Source: Clostridia bacterium (GTDB lineage Bacteria; Bacillota; Clostridia; CAKSNL01; HGM11501). From it: a stretch of 64,000 bases of DNA. Both the position numbers and the translations under genes were made by a program. A model generated the notes under the pieces. That model was not told the origin of the DNA. It made no database searches and saw nothing but the letters and a program-made list of their open reading frames with translations. Each line of letters opens with the position of its first letter. Within the stretch, counting starts at the first letter, position 1. The stretch lies in NCBI GenBank assembly GCA_045545475.1, contig JAZQAZ010000047.1, positions 32,001-96,000 on the forward strand. The letters run 5' to 3'. Shown piece after piece: positions 29,569 to 38,946 of this stretch.

Positions 29569-32178
29569 ATGAAGCATTTTTGTCAGGCAAAGGAATCGGT
29601 TATGGAATTTTTCAAAACCGATGAAAAGACGGGACTGAGTGAAGAAAGAGCAGAAAAACTTAAGGAAGAGTATGGTCTCAACAAATTAAAGGAAAAGAAA
29701 AAGAAAACAACAATGGAGCGTTTTCTTGACCAGTTCAAGGATGCAATGATACTTATTTTGATTGCTGCCGCAATTGTTTCATTCGTTGTAATTTGTGTCG
29801 AAAAAAACTGGGGAGAGCTTTTCGAGCCGGCACTTATCGTATTGATTGTTATCTTAAATGCGGTTATGGGCGTGTACCAAGAGGGTAAGGCAGAAAAGGC
29901 ACTAGATGCACTTAAGAGTATGTCTGCACCCCACGCAAGAGTAATCCGTGGCGGCGAAGAAAAAATCATTGATGCAAAGGACCTTGTGCCCGGGGATATA
30001 ATCCGCCTTGAAGCGGGAGATTTTGTGCCTGCGGATGCAAGACTTCTTCACAGTGCAGGCTTAAAATCGGAAGAATCCGCTCTCACAGGAGAATCTGTTC
30101 CTTCGGAAAAGGATTATCTTGCAGAGGTTGGGGAAGATGCTCCCATTGGCGACAGATTAAATATGGTTTATTCCGGATGCAGCATTACTTACGGAACAGC
30201 GACTGCTGTTGTTACCGCAACTGGTATGGATACCGAAATGGGGATGATTGCAAATCTTCTTGATAACGAAGATGAGGGACAGACTCCGCTTCAGCAAAAA
30301 CTTGCCCAGCTCGGTAAATATCTTGGAATTATGGCACTTGCAGCTTGTGCAATCATATTTTTTGTGGGGCTTACAAACGGAATAGCAGTACTTGAAATCT
30401 TTATGACTGCGGTTTCTCTTGCTGTATCGGCAATTCCTGAGGGACTTCCTGCCATTGTTACCATTGTGCTTTCAATCGGAGTACAGCGTATGGTAAAGAA
30501 AAATGCTCTTATCCGTAAGCTTCCTGCGGTTGAAACATTGGGCGGAGCATCTGTTATATGTTCGGATAAAACTGGAACGCTTACACAAAACCGTATGACT
30601 CTTACAAAGGCATATGTGGACGGCTTTTCTGAGACGGAAGGCATAAGCACTAACAACACCGAAGCGGTAAGAAAGCTTCTTATGTTAGGGGCACTTTGCT
30701 GTGACGGATCGGTTGTATTTGATGGTGATGAAGAAAAGCATATCGGCGACCCTACAGAAACTGCCATCGTTCTTGCGGCACATAAAAACGGTATGCCGAA
30801 GGAAAAAATTAATGAAAAGTTTCCTCGTCTTGCTGAAATTCCCTTTGACTCCGACAGAAAACTTATGTCAACCGTAAATCTCATGGACGGCAGAAAGATA
30901 GTAATCGTAAAGGGTGCCTTTGATATGATGGCAGAAAGGTGCGTAAAGGGAAATCTCAAAGCGGCGAAAAACTTCACAGAAGCTATGAGCAAAGACGCTT
31001 TAAGAGTTTTGGCAATAGGATATAAGGAAATTGACGAAGTACCCGAAAATCCCACATCCGAAGCTCTTGAAAACGGACTTACATTTATGGGACTCGTAGG
31101 TATGATTGACCCACCGAGACCCGAAGCGAAGGATGCGGTGGCACTGTGTAGAAGAGCCGGAATCAAGCCGGTTATGATTACAGGAGACCACGTTGTTACT
31201 GCCTCCGCAATCGCAAAAGAGCTTGGAATTCTTTCGGAGGGCGACAAGGCGATTACAGGAAGCGAACTTGACGCAATGACCGACAGAGAGCTGGATGAGC
31301 AGGTTGAAAACATTTCGGTTTATGCAAGAGTATCTCCCGAAAATAAAATAAGAATAGTTAAGGCGTGGCAGAGAAAAGATAAGGTTGTATCAATGACAGG
31401 TGATGGAGTAAACGATGCTCCTGCCCTTAAAGCTGCCGACATCGGCTGTGCTATGGGTATTACAGGCACAGATGTTGCAAAGGGTGCATCGGATATGACT
31501 CTCACGGACGATAACTTTGCAACCATAGTTGATGCTGTGAGAGAGGGCAGAGGCATTTACGAAAACATCAAAAAGGTTGTCGGATTTTTACTTGGGACCA
31601 ATATCGGCGAGGTAATAACCGTGTTTATGGCAATGCTTTTGTGGCATAAAACACCCCTTCTTTCTATGCAGTTACTTTGGATAAACCTTGTTACAGACTC
31701 ACTTCCCGCTATTGCTCTCGGGATGGAGGCTGTTGAAAGCGACGTAATGGATAAAGCACCCAAGCCGAAAAACGAAGGTATCTTTGCTGGCGGTCTTGGC
31801 ATCCGTGTGATACTTCAAGGTATTATGTTTGCAGTTCTTACCCTTTTCGGATTTAAGATGGGAGAAAATGTGACAGGAACATTGGAAGGCGGCCAGACAA
31901 TGGCGTTTATGATACTTGCCCTTTCCCAGGTTGTTCAGAGCTTTAATATGAGGAGTGAACATTCTCTCTTTAATATCGGAATGTTTTCAAATAAAAAGTT
32001 AAACGGTGCGGCAATTGTCTCTGTACTCCTTGTGGCTCTTGTTTTATTCACTCCCTTGAGAGTGGCATTCGGACTTGTGATACTTCCCTCTAAGCTTTAC
32101 CTTATAGCAGTTGGTCTGATATTTGTTCCGCTTCTGGTTATTGAAATAACAAAGGCGTTAAGGCATATTAAAAAATAA
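29569..32178 (+). CDS. P-type IIA cation-transporting ATPase (Ca2+/Mn2+, YoaB/PMR1-like)
   Basis: TGES, IPEGLP, DKTGTLT, MITGD and GDGVNDAPAL motifs; C-terminal TM block. Confidence 0.95.
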   Translation: MKHFCQAKESVMEFFKTDEKTGLSEERAEKLKEEYGLNKLKEKKKKTTMERFLDQFKDAMILILIAAAIVSFVVICVEKNWGELFEPALIVLIVILNAVMGVYQEGKAEKALDALKSMSAPHARVIRGGEEKIIDAKDLVPGDIIRLEAGDFVPADARLLHSAGLKSEESALTGESVPSEKDYLAEVGEDAPIGDRLNMVYSGCSITYGTATAVVTATGMDTEMGMIANLLDNEDEGQTPLQQKLAQLGKYLGIMALAACAIIFFVGLTNGIAVLEIFMTAVSLAVSAIPEGLPAIVTIVLSIGVQRMVKKNALIRKLPAVETLGGASVICSDKTGTLTQNRMTLTKAYVDGFSETEGISTNNTEAVRKLLMLGALCCDGSVVFDGDEEKHIGDPTETAIVLAAHKNGMPKEKINEKFPRLAEIPFDSDRKLMSTVNLMDGRKIVIVKGAFDMMAERCVKGNLKAAKNFTEAMSKDALRVLAIGYKEIDEVPENPTSEALENGLTFMGLVGMIDPPRPEAKDAVALCRRAGIKPVMITGDHVVTASAIAKELGILSEGDKAITGSELDAMTDRELDEQVENISVYARVSPENKIRIVKAWQRKDKVVSMTGDGVNDAPALKAADIGCAMGITGTDVAKGASDMTLTDDNFATIVDAVREGRGIYENIKKVVGFLLGTNIGEVITVFMAMLLWHKTPLLSMQLLWINLVTDSLPAIALGMEAVESDVMDKAPKPKNEGIFAGGLGIRVILQGIMFAVLTLFGFKMGENVTGTLEGGQTMAFMILALSQVVQSFNMRSEHSLFNIGMFSNKKLNGAAIVSVLLVALVLFTPLRVAFGLVILPSKLYLIAVGLIFVPLLVIEITKALRHIKK

Positions 32179-32268
32179 TATTTTATATGTAAAAATTCCC
32201 GAAATGGTTGCAAAATCTTCCCTGTGGTACTATAATCCGGGTATAACATAAAAAAGGGAGATGTTTTT

Positions 32269-33402
32269 ATGAAAAAATTCAGAGTAGGCGTTGTAGGCTT
32301 AGGTCACAGAGGAAGACTTATGTTTGCTCTTGCAGCAGATTCCTTTGATTCGGTCATTCCTGCGGCAGCCTGCGACTTGTTTGAAAGAAACTTCTACGAA
32401 AAGCAGTGGCTTATGGATGATGCTATGTGTAATCTCTACCCCGAAACCGTGTTTTATAAGGACTATGACGAGATGCTTGAAAAGGCGGATCTTGATGTTA
32501 TAATAGTTGAAACGGGGGCTGACGTGCACTGCGATTTTTGCATAAAGGCTCTGGAAAAAAACATAAATGTATTGACCGATATTCCTGTTGTTGCAAACCT
32601 TTCAGAGGCTGAAAGAATCTGGAAGGCGGCTGAAAAGTCAACTGCTATGATTTCTGTCGGTGCAAATCCCAACGAGCAGAAGTTTGCAGTTATGCTTCAG
32701 GAGTTTTCTAAGTCGGGAAGACTTGGAAAGCCCTACTGCATGGAGGCTGAATACATTCACTGGAGTATGCCTAATTCCGAAGGACATAAGGCTCTTACCG
32801 AAAACGGCGACTGGAGAAAGCTTCTTTCTCCCATAAGATACTGCACCCATTCTCTTGGTCCTCTCCTTACTGTTGTGGATGAAGAGCTTCGCTATGTAAG
32901 CTGCTTTGGAACAGGACCTCACGCCGATGATTATGACGGTAACAAGAAGGACGATATGGTTTGTGCAAACTTTAAAACAGAATCCGGCATTGTTATCCGA
33001 CTTATGAGAAACGGCCGCTGCCGTGCCGATATCGGACATCACAATTACAGAGTATTCGGAACGGAAGGGTATATGGAGCGAATTGACCGCTTCGGAAAGC
33101 CTATGATAAGATACAACTCCATGAAGGATGAAAATAATAAGCTTCAGGAAATAAGTGGCGAATTTACACCTCCTGCATATAAGGATAACCCAAAGGCAAA
33201 GGGACACGACGGAATTGATTTTGCGATGCAGGATCATTTCTTCAAGGCACTTTCCGAAGGAGGGGTAGCTCCCATCACCCTTAAGGAAGGCCTTGAAATG
33301 ACACTTCCCGGAATTTATGCAGAGGAATCCGCAAAGCGTGGCGGCGAGGTAATCCGTATGGTATATCCTTGGGAAGACGACTGGTCAACAGAAATAAAAT
33401 AA
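32269..33402 (+). CDS. Gfo/Idh/MocA-family NAD(P)-dependent oxidoreductase
   Basis: N-terminal GVVGLGHRG Rossmann motif; EAEYIH, YCTHSLGP and GHDGID. Confidence 0.85.
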   Translation: MKKFRVGVVGLGHRGRLMFALAADSFDSVIPAAACDLFERNFYEKQWLMDDAMCNLYPETVFYKDYDEMLEKADLDVIIVETGADVHCDFCIKALEKNINVLTDIPVVANLSEAERIWKAAEKSTAMISVGANPNEQKFAVMLQEFSKSGRLGKPYCMEAEYIHWSMPNSEGHKALTENGDWRKLLSPIRYCTHSLGPLLTVVDEELRYVSCFGTGPHADDYDGNKKDDMVCANFKTESGIVIRLMRNGRCRADIGHHNYRVFGTEGYMERIDRFGKPMIRYNSMKDENNKLQEISGEFTPPAYKDNPKAKGHDGIDFAMQDHFFKALSEGGVAPITLKEGLEMTLPGIYAEESAKRGGEVIRMVYPWEDDWSTEIK

Positions 33403-33414
33403 ATTAAAAAGTTC

Positions 33415-33443
33415 TTGACAAATAAAAAAAACGGTGGTATAAT
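33415..33443 (+). promoter_or_regulatory. sigmaA promoter of the T-box leader
   Basis: Perfect TTGACA-17-TATAAT with extended -10 TG. Confidence 0.85.
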
Positions 33444-33459
33444 CCTTTCAACATAAATA

Positions 33460-33735
33460 AACAAACGCAGTGATGCGGAATAGTAAGTAAGGACTTCACC
33501 TTTCAAGAGAAATGCCGGTTGGTGCAAGGCATAAGGGAAAATTTACTGAACTCGCCGCGGAGCGGTTGCCGTGAAATGTAAAGAGTAATGGCAAACGGGA
33601 ACTCCCGTTACAGAGTTAAGATGTGTTGGCATCTAAGGGCATCCTTTGGGATGAAAAAGAGTGGTACCGCGGAAATGTTTAAATTTTTACGTTTTCGTCT
33701 CTTTGGAAAAGCAAAGAGACGGAAACGTTTTTTTA
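33460..33735 (+). ncRNA. T-box riboswitch, leucine specifier (CUC)
   Basis: Stem I with AGAGA and GGTG motifs; GAA-CTC specifier at 33551-33553. T-box AGAGTGGTACCGCG at ~33658-33671. Terminator ACGTTTTCGTCTCTTTG...CAAAGAGACGGAAACGT-T tract at 33689-33735. Confidence 0.9.
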
Positions 33736-33774
33736 TTGAATCGCAAAAATATTTTGAAAGAAAAGAGGGTTTTT

Positions 33775-35163
33775 ATGAAAAAAATCAACATCACAGATAT
33801 AACATTAAAGGAGCTTTCAAAGGACAGGGGAATTTCACTTTTATTCCGTGAAAAGACAGCTGTTTCCGCCTGTGCTGATTCTCTCGGAATCGATGCAATT
33901 GAGCTTGCCGGCGTTAAAAATGAAAGAGAAGATAAAATTATATATAAAACCATATCTCAGAACGTAAAGGAAAGCGTTGTTGCAATTCCGGTTGGCTTTA
34001 CAAAGGAAGAAGTTGCACTTTCCTGGGAATGCATAAAGGAAGCAGCAAAGCCTCGCCTTCAGGTGGAAGTTCCCGTATCAACGGTGCAGATGGAATATAT
34101 CTATCACATCAAGGAAGAAAAGATGCTTGAAAAAATTGCTGAGCTTACAAAGGAAGCAAAGACTATTTGCTCCGATGTTGAATTTTCTGCACTTGATGCA
34201 ACAAGAGCAGACATTGCGTTCTTGGTTGCGGCGGCAAAAATTGCAGCCAAAAACGGTGCAACGGTAATTTCCGTATCCGATGATGCAGGTGTATCCCTTC
34301 CTTCTGAAATCGGAGAAATTGTATCTTCAATAAAGGCAGAACTTGACATCCCCTTATATGTAAGAGTGTCAGATGCACTCGGAATGGCAAGCGCATCTGC
34401 AATAGAGGCAATTAAAAACGGGGCTGACGGAGTGAAGAGTGCAATGGCAGGAGAAAATATTTTATCCTCTGGCGTAATTTCCGATATCGTAAGTGCAAGA
34501 GGCGATGCCCTTGGCATAGAAACAAGCCTTAAAAATACAAAAATCCACAGAAGCATTGACGATCTGCTTCTGTCAATCAATCATGAAGTATACGACACTG
34601 ACGGTACAGTAAGCGAAAAGAAAAAGATTTTACTCGATGCAGACAGCACCATTTTCCAGGTATCCCAGGCGGCAGAAGTACTGGGCTATGACCTGTCCGA
34701 TGAGGATTTGGGAAATGTACTTCGGGCAATAGTGAACATATGTGAGAAGAAGGGCACCATTGGTGCAAAGGAGCTTGAAGCATTAATTGCCAGTGAAGCA
34801 CAGAGAGTTCCTTCCACATATCATCTCGAAAGCTATACCACCACCTGCGGAAACAAAATGGATTCAATGTCTCAGGTAATACTTAAATGCAATGATGAAA
34901 TAATCTCCGGTGTAAGTGCAGGCGACGGTCCCATCGATTCGGTATTCCGTGCAATTGAACAGAGCATCGGCTTCCACTATGAGCTGGACGATTTCCAGAT
35001 TCAGGCTGTAACAGAGGGTAAAGAGGCACTCGGTTCTGCCATTGTAAAGCTGAGAAACAACGGAAAGCTCTATTCCGGTAACGGAATTTCCGCCGACATC
35101 GTTGCGGCAAGTGTAAGAGCTTATATAAACGCACTTAACAAAATTGTCTTTGAGGAGAATTAA
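33775..35163 (+). CDS. Degenerate 2-isopropylmalate synthase homolog (probable pseudoenzyme) with intact C-terminal LeuA allosteric domain
   Basis: Aligns by eye to LeuA (DVEFSALDATR, GDGPIDS, QAVTEGKEALG, AYINALNK). However, DTTLRDGEQ is DITLKELSK, HCHND is RVSDA, and GIGERAGN and HESGIHQDG are absent. Start ATG 33775. Confidence 0.85.
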   Translation: MKKINITDITLKELSKDRGISLLFREKTAVSACADSLGIDAIELAGVKNEREDKIIYKTISQNVKESVVAIPVGFTKEEVALSWECIKEAAKPRLQVEVPVSTVQMEYIYHIKEEKMLEKIAELTKEAKTICSDVEFSALDATRADIAFLVAAAKIAAKNGATVISVSDDAGVSLPSEIGEIVSSIKAELDIPLYVRVSDALGMASASAIEAIKNGADGVKSAMAGENILSSGVISDIVSARGDALGIETSLKNTKIHRSIDDLLLSINHEVYDTDGTVSEKKKILLDADSTIFQVSQAAEVLGYDLSDEDLGNVLRAIVNICEKKGTIGAKELEALIASEAQRVPSTYHLESYTTTCGNKMDSMSQVILKCNDEIISGVSAGDGPIDSVFRAIEQSIGFHYELDDFQIQAVTEGKEALGSAIVKLRNNGKLYSGNGISADIVAASVRAYINALNKIVFEEN

Positions 35164-35164
35164 C

Positions 35165-37621
35165 ATGAAAATCGTATTTTCGACAAAAAATGTAAGCCGC
35201 CCGTCTTTTCTGGACTTGTGCCGCTATGCATATGACTACGGATATTCGGGATTTGAAATTTACGATGCGACAAAAGAGAGAGCATCCCACTATGACAGCA
35301 TTCTCCGTAATGACCGCACGGCAGATGCGAAAAGAAAGTTACTTAACAGAAGCCTTTCTGTTTCGGCACTTCATTATCCCTACAGCATTGATTCGGATGA
35401 AGCAACGGGGGACGGCATATATAAATATGTAGTTATGGCACGCATTGCCGGCATTGAAAACGTAATAGTAAGAATCGAAAAGGAAACGGATAAGGCAGTG
35501 CTTTCAGAAAAGCTTGGCGAAGCTATAAAATGCGCCGAAAAGTCTGATGTAAGAATCCTTCTTGAAACTGTCGGCTATCTTTCGGAAACTGAGCATGTAA
35601 TTGATATAATAAACCATTTCTCATCAGCAGTGCTTGGTGCTTCCTGGAATATCAGAGGCACATACTTCGGTGCAGGAGAAAGTGCAGAAACCACCATAAA
35701 AAGCCTTGGTGCATATATAAAATATGTACGTCTGGGTGATATGGCGGACGGCAAAACCGTTTTAATAGGCGAGGGAACACTTCCTGTAGGCGAATTCATA
35801 AACGCCCTTACGAGCCTTAACTTTGACGGCTTTGTATGTGCTTCATGGAACGATGAAATCAACGATGCTGATATTGTACTCACTCACTTTGCAAACTATA
35901 TTGCATCCCTTTCAAGGGATAAAAAGGAGCACGACAAGGTATATTACAACAGAGCAAAGACAGGTACCTTTGTATGGAAAAAGTATGACATCATCGACTA
36001 TACCTTCTCCGAGGTGCTTGACACAATGGTAGAAAAGTACCCCGACCAGTATGCATTCAAGTACACAACCCTTGACTATACAAGAACATACGCCCAGTTC
36101 CGCCGTGATGTGGATGAATGTGCCGCAGCTTTAATTTCCCTCGGCGTAAAAGCAGGAGACCACGTGGCTGTATGGGCAACAAACATCCCTGCCTGGTATA
36201 TCACCTTCTGGGCAACCACGAAAATCGGTGCCGTATTGGTTACGGTAAACACCGCATACAAAATCCACGAAATTGAATACCTCTTAAAGCAGTCGGATAC
36301 CCATACTTTGGTTATGATAGATGAGTGCAAGGACATTAATTATAAGGAAATTATGGAGGAACTATGCCCTGAGCTTAAGACTATGAAACCCGGCGATGCA
36401 CTCTATTCCAAAAACCTGCCCTTCCTTCGTAATATCGTAACAGTAGGCTTCTCTATGCAGGGGTGCCTTACCTGGGAAGAAATGTTAAAGAGAGCAGAAA
36501 TGGTGCCCCGTGAAGAGGTAAGGCGACGTGCATCGCTTGTCAAGGCAGACGATGTATGTAATATGCAGTATACATCGGGAACTACAGGCTTCCCCAAGGG
36601 CGTAATGCTTACCCACAGAAACATTGTAAATAACGGTAAGACGATAGGCGACAGAATGGATTTATCCACCGCTGACCGTATGATGATTCAGGTACCTATG
36701 TTCCACTGCTTTGGAATGGTGCTTTCAATGACATCAATGATGACTCACGGCGGAACACTTTGCCCCATGCCTTATTTCTCACCGAAATCATCCCTTGCCT
36801 GCGTAAACGATGAGCATATCACCTGCTTTAACGGCGTCCCCACAATGTTTATCGCAATGTTTGCACATAAGGACTTTGCAAAGACCGACTTTTCATATAT
36901 GAGAACCGGGATTATGGCAGGTGCAAACTGCCCTGCGGACCTTATGAGACGTGCTGCGGACGAAATGAATATGCGTGAGATTATCTCCGTTTACGGTCAG
37001 ACCGAAGCATCACCGGGATGCACGATGGGTGAAGTAAATGAGGATATCGACCACAGAGTTGAAACAGTCGGTTCACCCTTCCCCGGCGTTGAGTGTAAGA
37101 TAATCGATCCCGAAACAGGGGAAGAATTGCCCGACGGTGAAAGCGGCGAATTTGTGGCACGCGGATTTAACATAATGAAGGGCTATTATAAAATGCCCGA
37201 AGCAACCGCACAGACCATTGATAAAGACGGATGGCTTCACTCTGGCGACATCTGTTGCCGTACACCTGACGGATATTTCAAGGTAACCGGCCGTCTTAAG
37301 GATATGATAATAAGAGGCGGTGAAAACCTTTATCCCAGAGAAATTGAAGAATTTTATCTTACCAATCCTAAGGTACGTGACGTTCAGGTTGTGGGTGTGC
37401 CGGATGAGCGTTACGGCGAGGAATGCTGTGCGTGGATAATTCTTCACAAGGGCGAGGAGGCAACCGAGGAAGAAATGAAGGAATTCGGTAACGCTTCCAT
37501 TGCACGCCATAAAGTGCCTCGCTATTTCATTTTCGTGAAAGAATTCCCCATGAATGCGGCAGGTAAAATATTAAAGTATAAAATGCGTGATGAATCCAAG
37601 GAAATACTTGGTCTTAAATAA
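35165..37621 (+). CDS. Fusion of a degenerate xylose-isomerase-like TIM barrel (~250 aa) and an AMP-forming acyl-CoA ligase (YngI/ACSF2-like)
   Basis: C-terminal QYTSGTTGFPKG, PMFHCFG, YGQTE, GWLHSGD, RGGENLYPREIEE and GKILK. N-terminal GYSGFEI, ILLET and IGEGTLP. ATG lies 1 nt after the upstream stop. Confidence 0.88.
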   Translation: MKIVFSTKNVSRPSFLDLCRYAYDYGYSGFEIYDATKERASHYDSILRNDRTADAKRKLLNRSLSVSALHYPYSIDSDEATGDGIYKYVVMARIAGIENVIVRIEKETDKAVLSEKLGEAIKCAEKSDVRILLETVGYLSETEHVIDIINHFSSAVLGASWNIRGTYFGAGESAETTIKSLGAYIKYVRLGDMADGKTVLIGEGTLPVGEFINALTSLNFDGFVCASWNDEINDADIVLTHFANYIASLSRDKKEHDKVYYNRAKTGTFVWKKYDIIDYTFSEVLDTMVEKYPDQYAFKYTTLDYTRTYAQFRRDVDECAAALISLGVKAGDHVAVWATNIPAWYITFWATTKIGAVLVTVNTAYKIHEIEYLLKQSDTHTLVMIDECKDINYKEIMEELCPELKTMKPGDALYSKNLPFLRNIVTVGFSMQGCLTWEEMLKRAEMVPREEVRRRASLVKADDVCNMQYTSGTTGFPKGVMLTHRNIVNNGKTIGDRMDLSTADRMMIQVPMFHCFGMVLSMTSMMTHGGTLCPMPYFSPKSSLACVNDEHITCFNGVPTMFIAMFAHKDFAKTDFSYMRTGIMAGANCPADLMRRAADEMNMREIISVYGQTEASPGCTMGEVNEDIDHRVETVGSPFPGVECKIIDPETGEELPDGESGEFVARGFNIMKGYYKMPEATAQTIDKDGWLHSGDICCRTPDGYFKVTGRLKDMIIRGGENLYPREIEEFYLTNPKVRDVQVVGVPDERYGEECCAWIILHKGEEATEEEMKEFGNASIARHKVPRYFIFVKEFPMNAAGKILKYKMRDESKEILGLK

Positions 37622-37625
37622 TTTT

Positions 37626-37655
37626 AATGCGGTAAGGGAAACCTTACCGCATTTT
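37626..37655 (+). terminator. Intrinsic terminator closing the T-box operon
   Basis: AATGCGGTAAGG-GAAA-CCTTACCGCATT-TT. Confidence 0.75.
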
Positions 37656-37666
37656 CTAAAGAATAA

Positions 37667-37695
37667 TTGACGTAATCAAAAGATTGTGATATACT
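37667..37695 (+). promoter_or_regulatory. sigmaA promoter for aminotransferase-ppa-tetR
   Basis: TTGACG-17-TATACT with extended -10 TG. Confidence 0.65.
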
Positions 37696-37743
37696 TAAAA
37701 ATTAAAGATAGATTTTACACTTATCCTTAAGGAGGCTTTTTAT

Positions 37744-38931
37744 ATGGTATCTGAAAAAATGTATGAGCTCGGAAGCAAAAGAAGCGAAATCCGTGAGCTT
37801 TTCGAGTATGGATTAAAAAGAAAGGCAGAAATCGGAGCTGAAAATGTTTTCGATTTCAGCTTGGGTAACCCCAGCGTTCCTGCACCCGAATGTGTAAAGG
37901 AAGCACTCGCTGATTTAGTACTTAACACAGACCCCGTGGCACTTCACGGCTACACCTCTGCCCAGGGTGCACCCGATGTAAGAAAAAGCTGTGCAGACTA
38001 CGTAAATAAAACCTTTGGTACAAGCTATACAGGGGACAATTTCTATATGACGGTAGGTGCGGCGGCATCCCTTACAATTTCCCTTTCCGCAATATCTGAA
38101 GAGGGAAGCGAGGTTATCGTTCTTGCACCCTTTTTCCCCGAATACACAGTATTCATAAAGCAGGCGGGAATGACGCCCGTAACAGTAAAGTGCCGCGAAG
38201 AGGACTTTCAAATTGACTTTGATGCACTCAAGTGTGCAATAGGAGACAAGACAAAGGCGATAATCATAAATTCACCAAACAATCCTTCAGGCGTTGTGTT
38301 CTCCGAGGATACAATCAAGCGCCTTGCCGAAGTTTTAGCCGAGGCGGAAGCAAAATATAACAAGGAAATATACATAATTGCGGACGAGCCTTACCGTGAG
38401 CTTGTATACACAGATGGCGTAACCGTTCCTTTCATTCCTAACTATTACAACAACACAATAGTTTGCTATTCCTTCAGTAAGTCACTTTCCCTTCCTGGTG
38501 AAAGAATCGGTTATATCTTAGTTCCAGACAAGGCAACCGACTGGAAAAAGGTTTACTTTGCGGTTTGCGGAGCAGGCAGAAGCCTTGGCTTTGTTTGTGC
38601 ACCGTCCCTTTTCCAGAAGATTGTACCCAAATGCATAGGAAAAACAGCGGACATTTCAATCTACAAGAAAAACCGAGATATTTTATGCGATGCACTCACA
38701 AAATACGGCTACAAGGTGGCACAGCCCGATGGTGCGTTCTATCTTTTTGTAAAGGCAATGGAGTCTGATTCCCACGCTTTTTGCGAAAAGGCTAAAAAGT
38801 ATGAACTTCTCTTGGTGCCCGGTGACAGCTTCGGCTATCCCGGCTACATCAGAATTTCCTACTGCGTATCAACTGAAATGATTGAAAAGTCACTTCCTTC
38901 ATTTGAAAAACTTGCTGCGGAATATAAATAA
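37744..38931 (+). CDS. Class I/II PLP-dependent aminotransferase (aspartate aminotransferase-like)
   Basis: FSLGNP, NSPNNPSG, DEPY and SFSKSLSLPGERIGY (PLP lysine). Confidence 0.93.
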   Translation: MVSEKMYELGSKRSEIRELFEYGLKRKAEIGAENVFDFSLGNPSVPAPECVKEALADLVLNTDPVALHGYTSAQGAPDVRKSCADYVNKTFGTSYTGDNFYMTVGAAASLTISLSAISEEGSEVIVLAPFFPEYTVFIKQAGMTPVTVKCREEDFQIDFDALKCAIGDKTKAIIINSPNNPSGVVFSEDTIKRLAEVLAEAEAKYNKEIYIIADEPYRELVYTDGVTVPFIPNYYNNTIVCYSFSKSLSLPGERIGYILVPDKATDWKKVYFAVCGAGRSLGFVCAPSLFQKIVPKCIGKTADISIYKKNRDILCDALTKYGYKVAQPDGAFYLFVKAMESDSHAFCEKAKKYELLLVPGDSFGYPGYIRISYCVSTEMIEKSLPSFEKLAAEYK

Positions 38932-38946
38932 GAAAGGAAAATAACT

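Noticed and set aside
30291-31313. 340-aa antisense ORF inside the P-type ATPase, and similar shadow ORFs throughout
   Set aside because: It is the antisense frame of a conserved gene, Ser/Ile/Pro-rich with no motifs, as expected from codon bias.
33588-33851. 87-aa ORF and the extended GTG start at 33661
   Set aside because: Both overlap the T-box antiterminator/terminator. The RBS-supported start is ATG 33775.
33775-35163. Calling this gene a functional leuA, or a pseudogene
   Set aside because: Catalytic and metal-binding motifs are missing, so leuA is unsupported. The frame, T-box and regulatory domain are intact, so it does not look like a decayed pseudogene.
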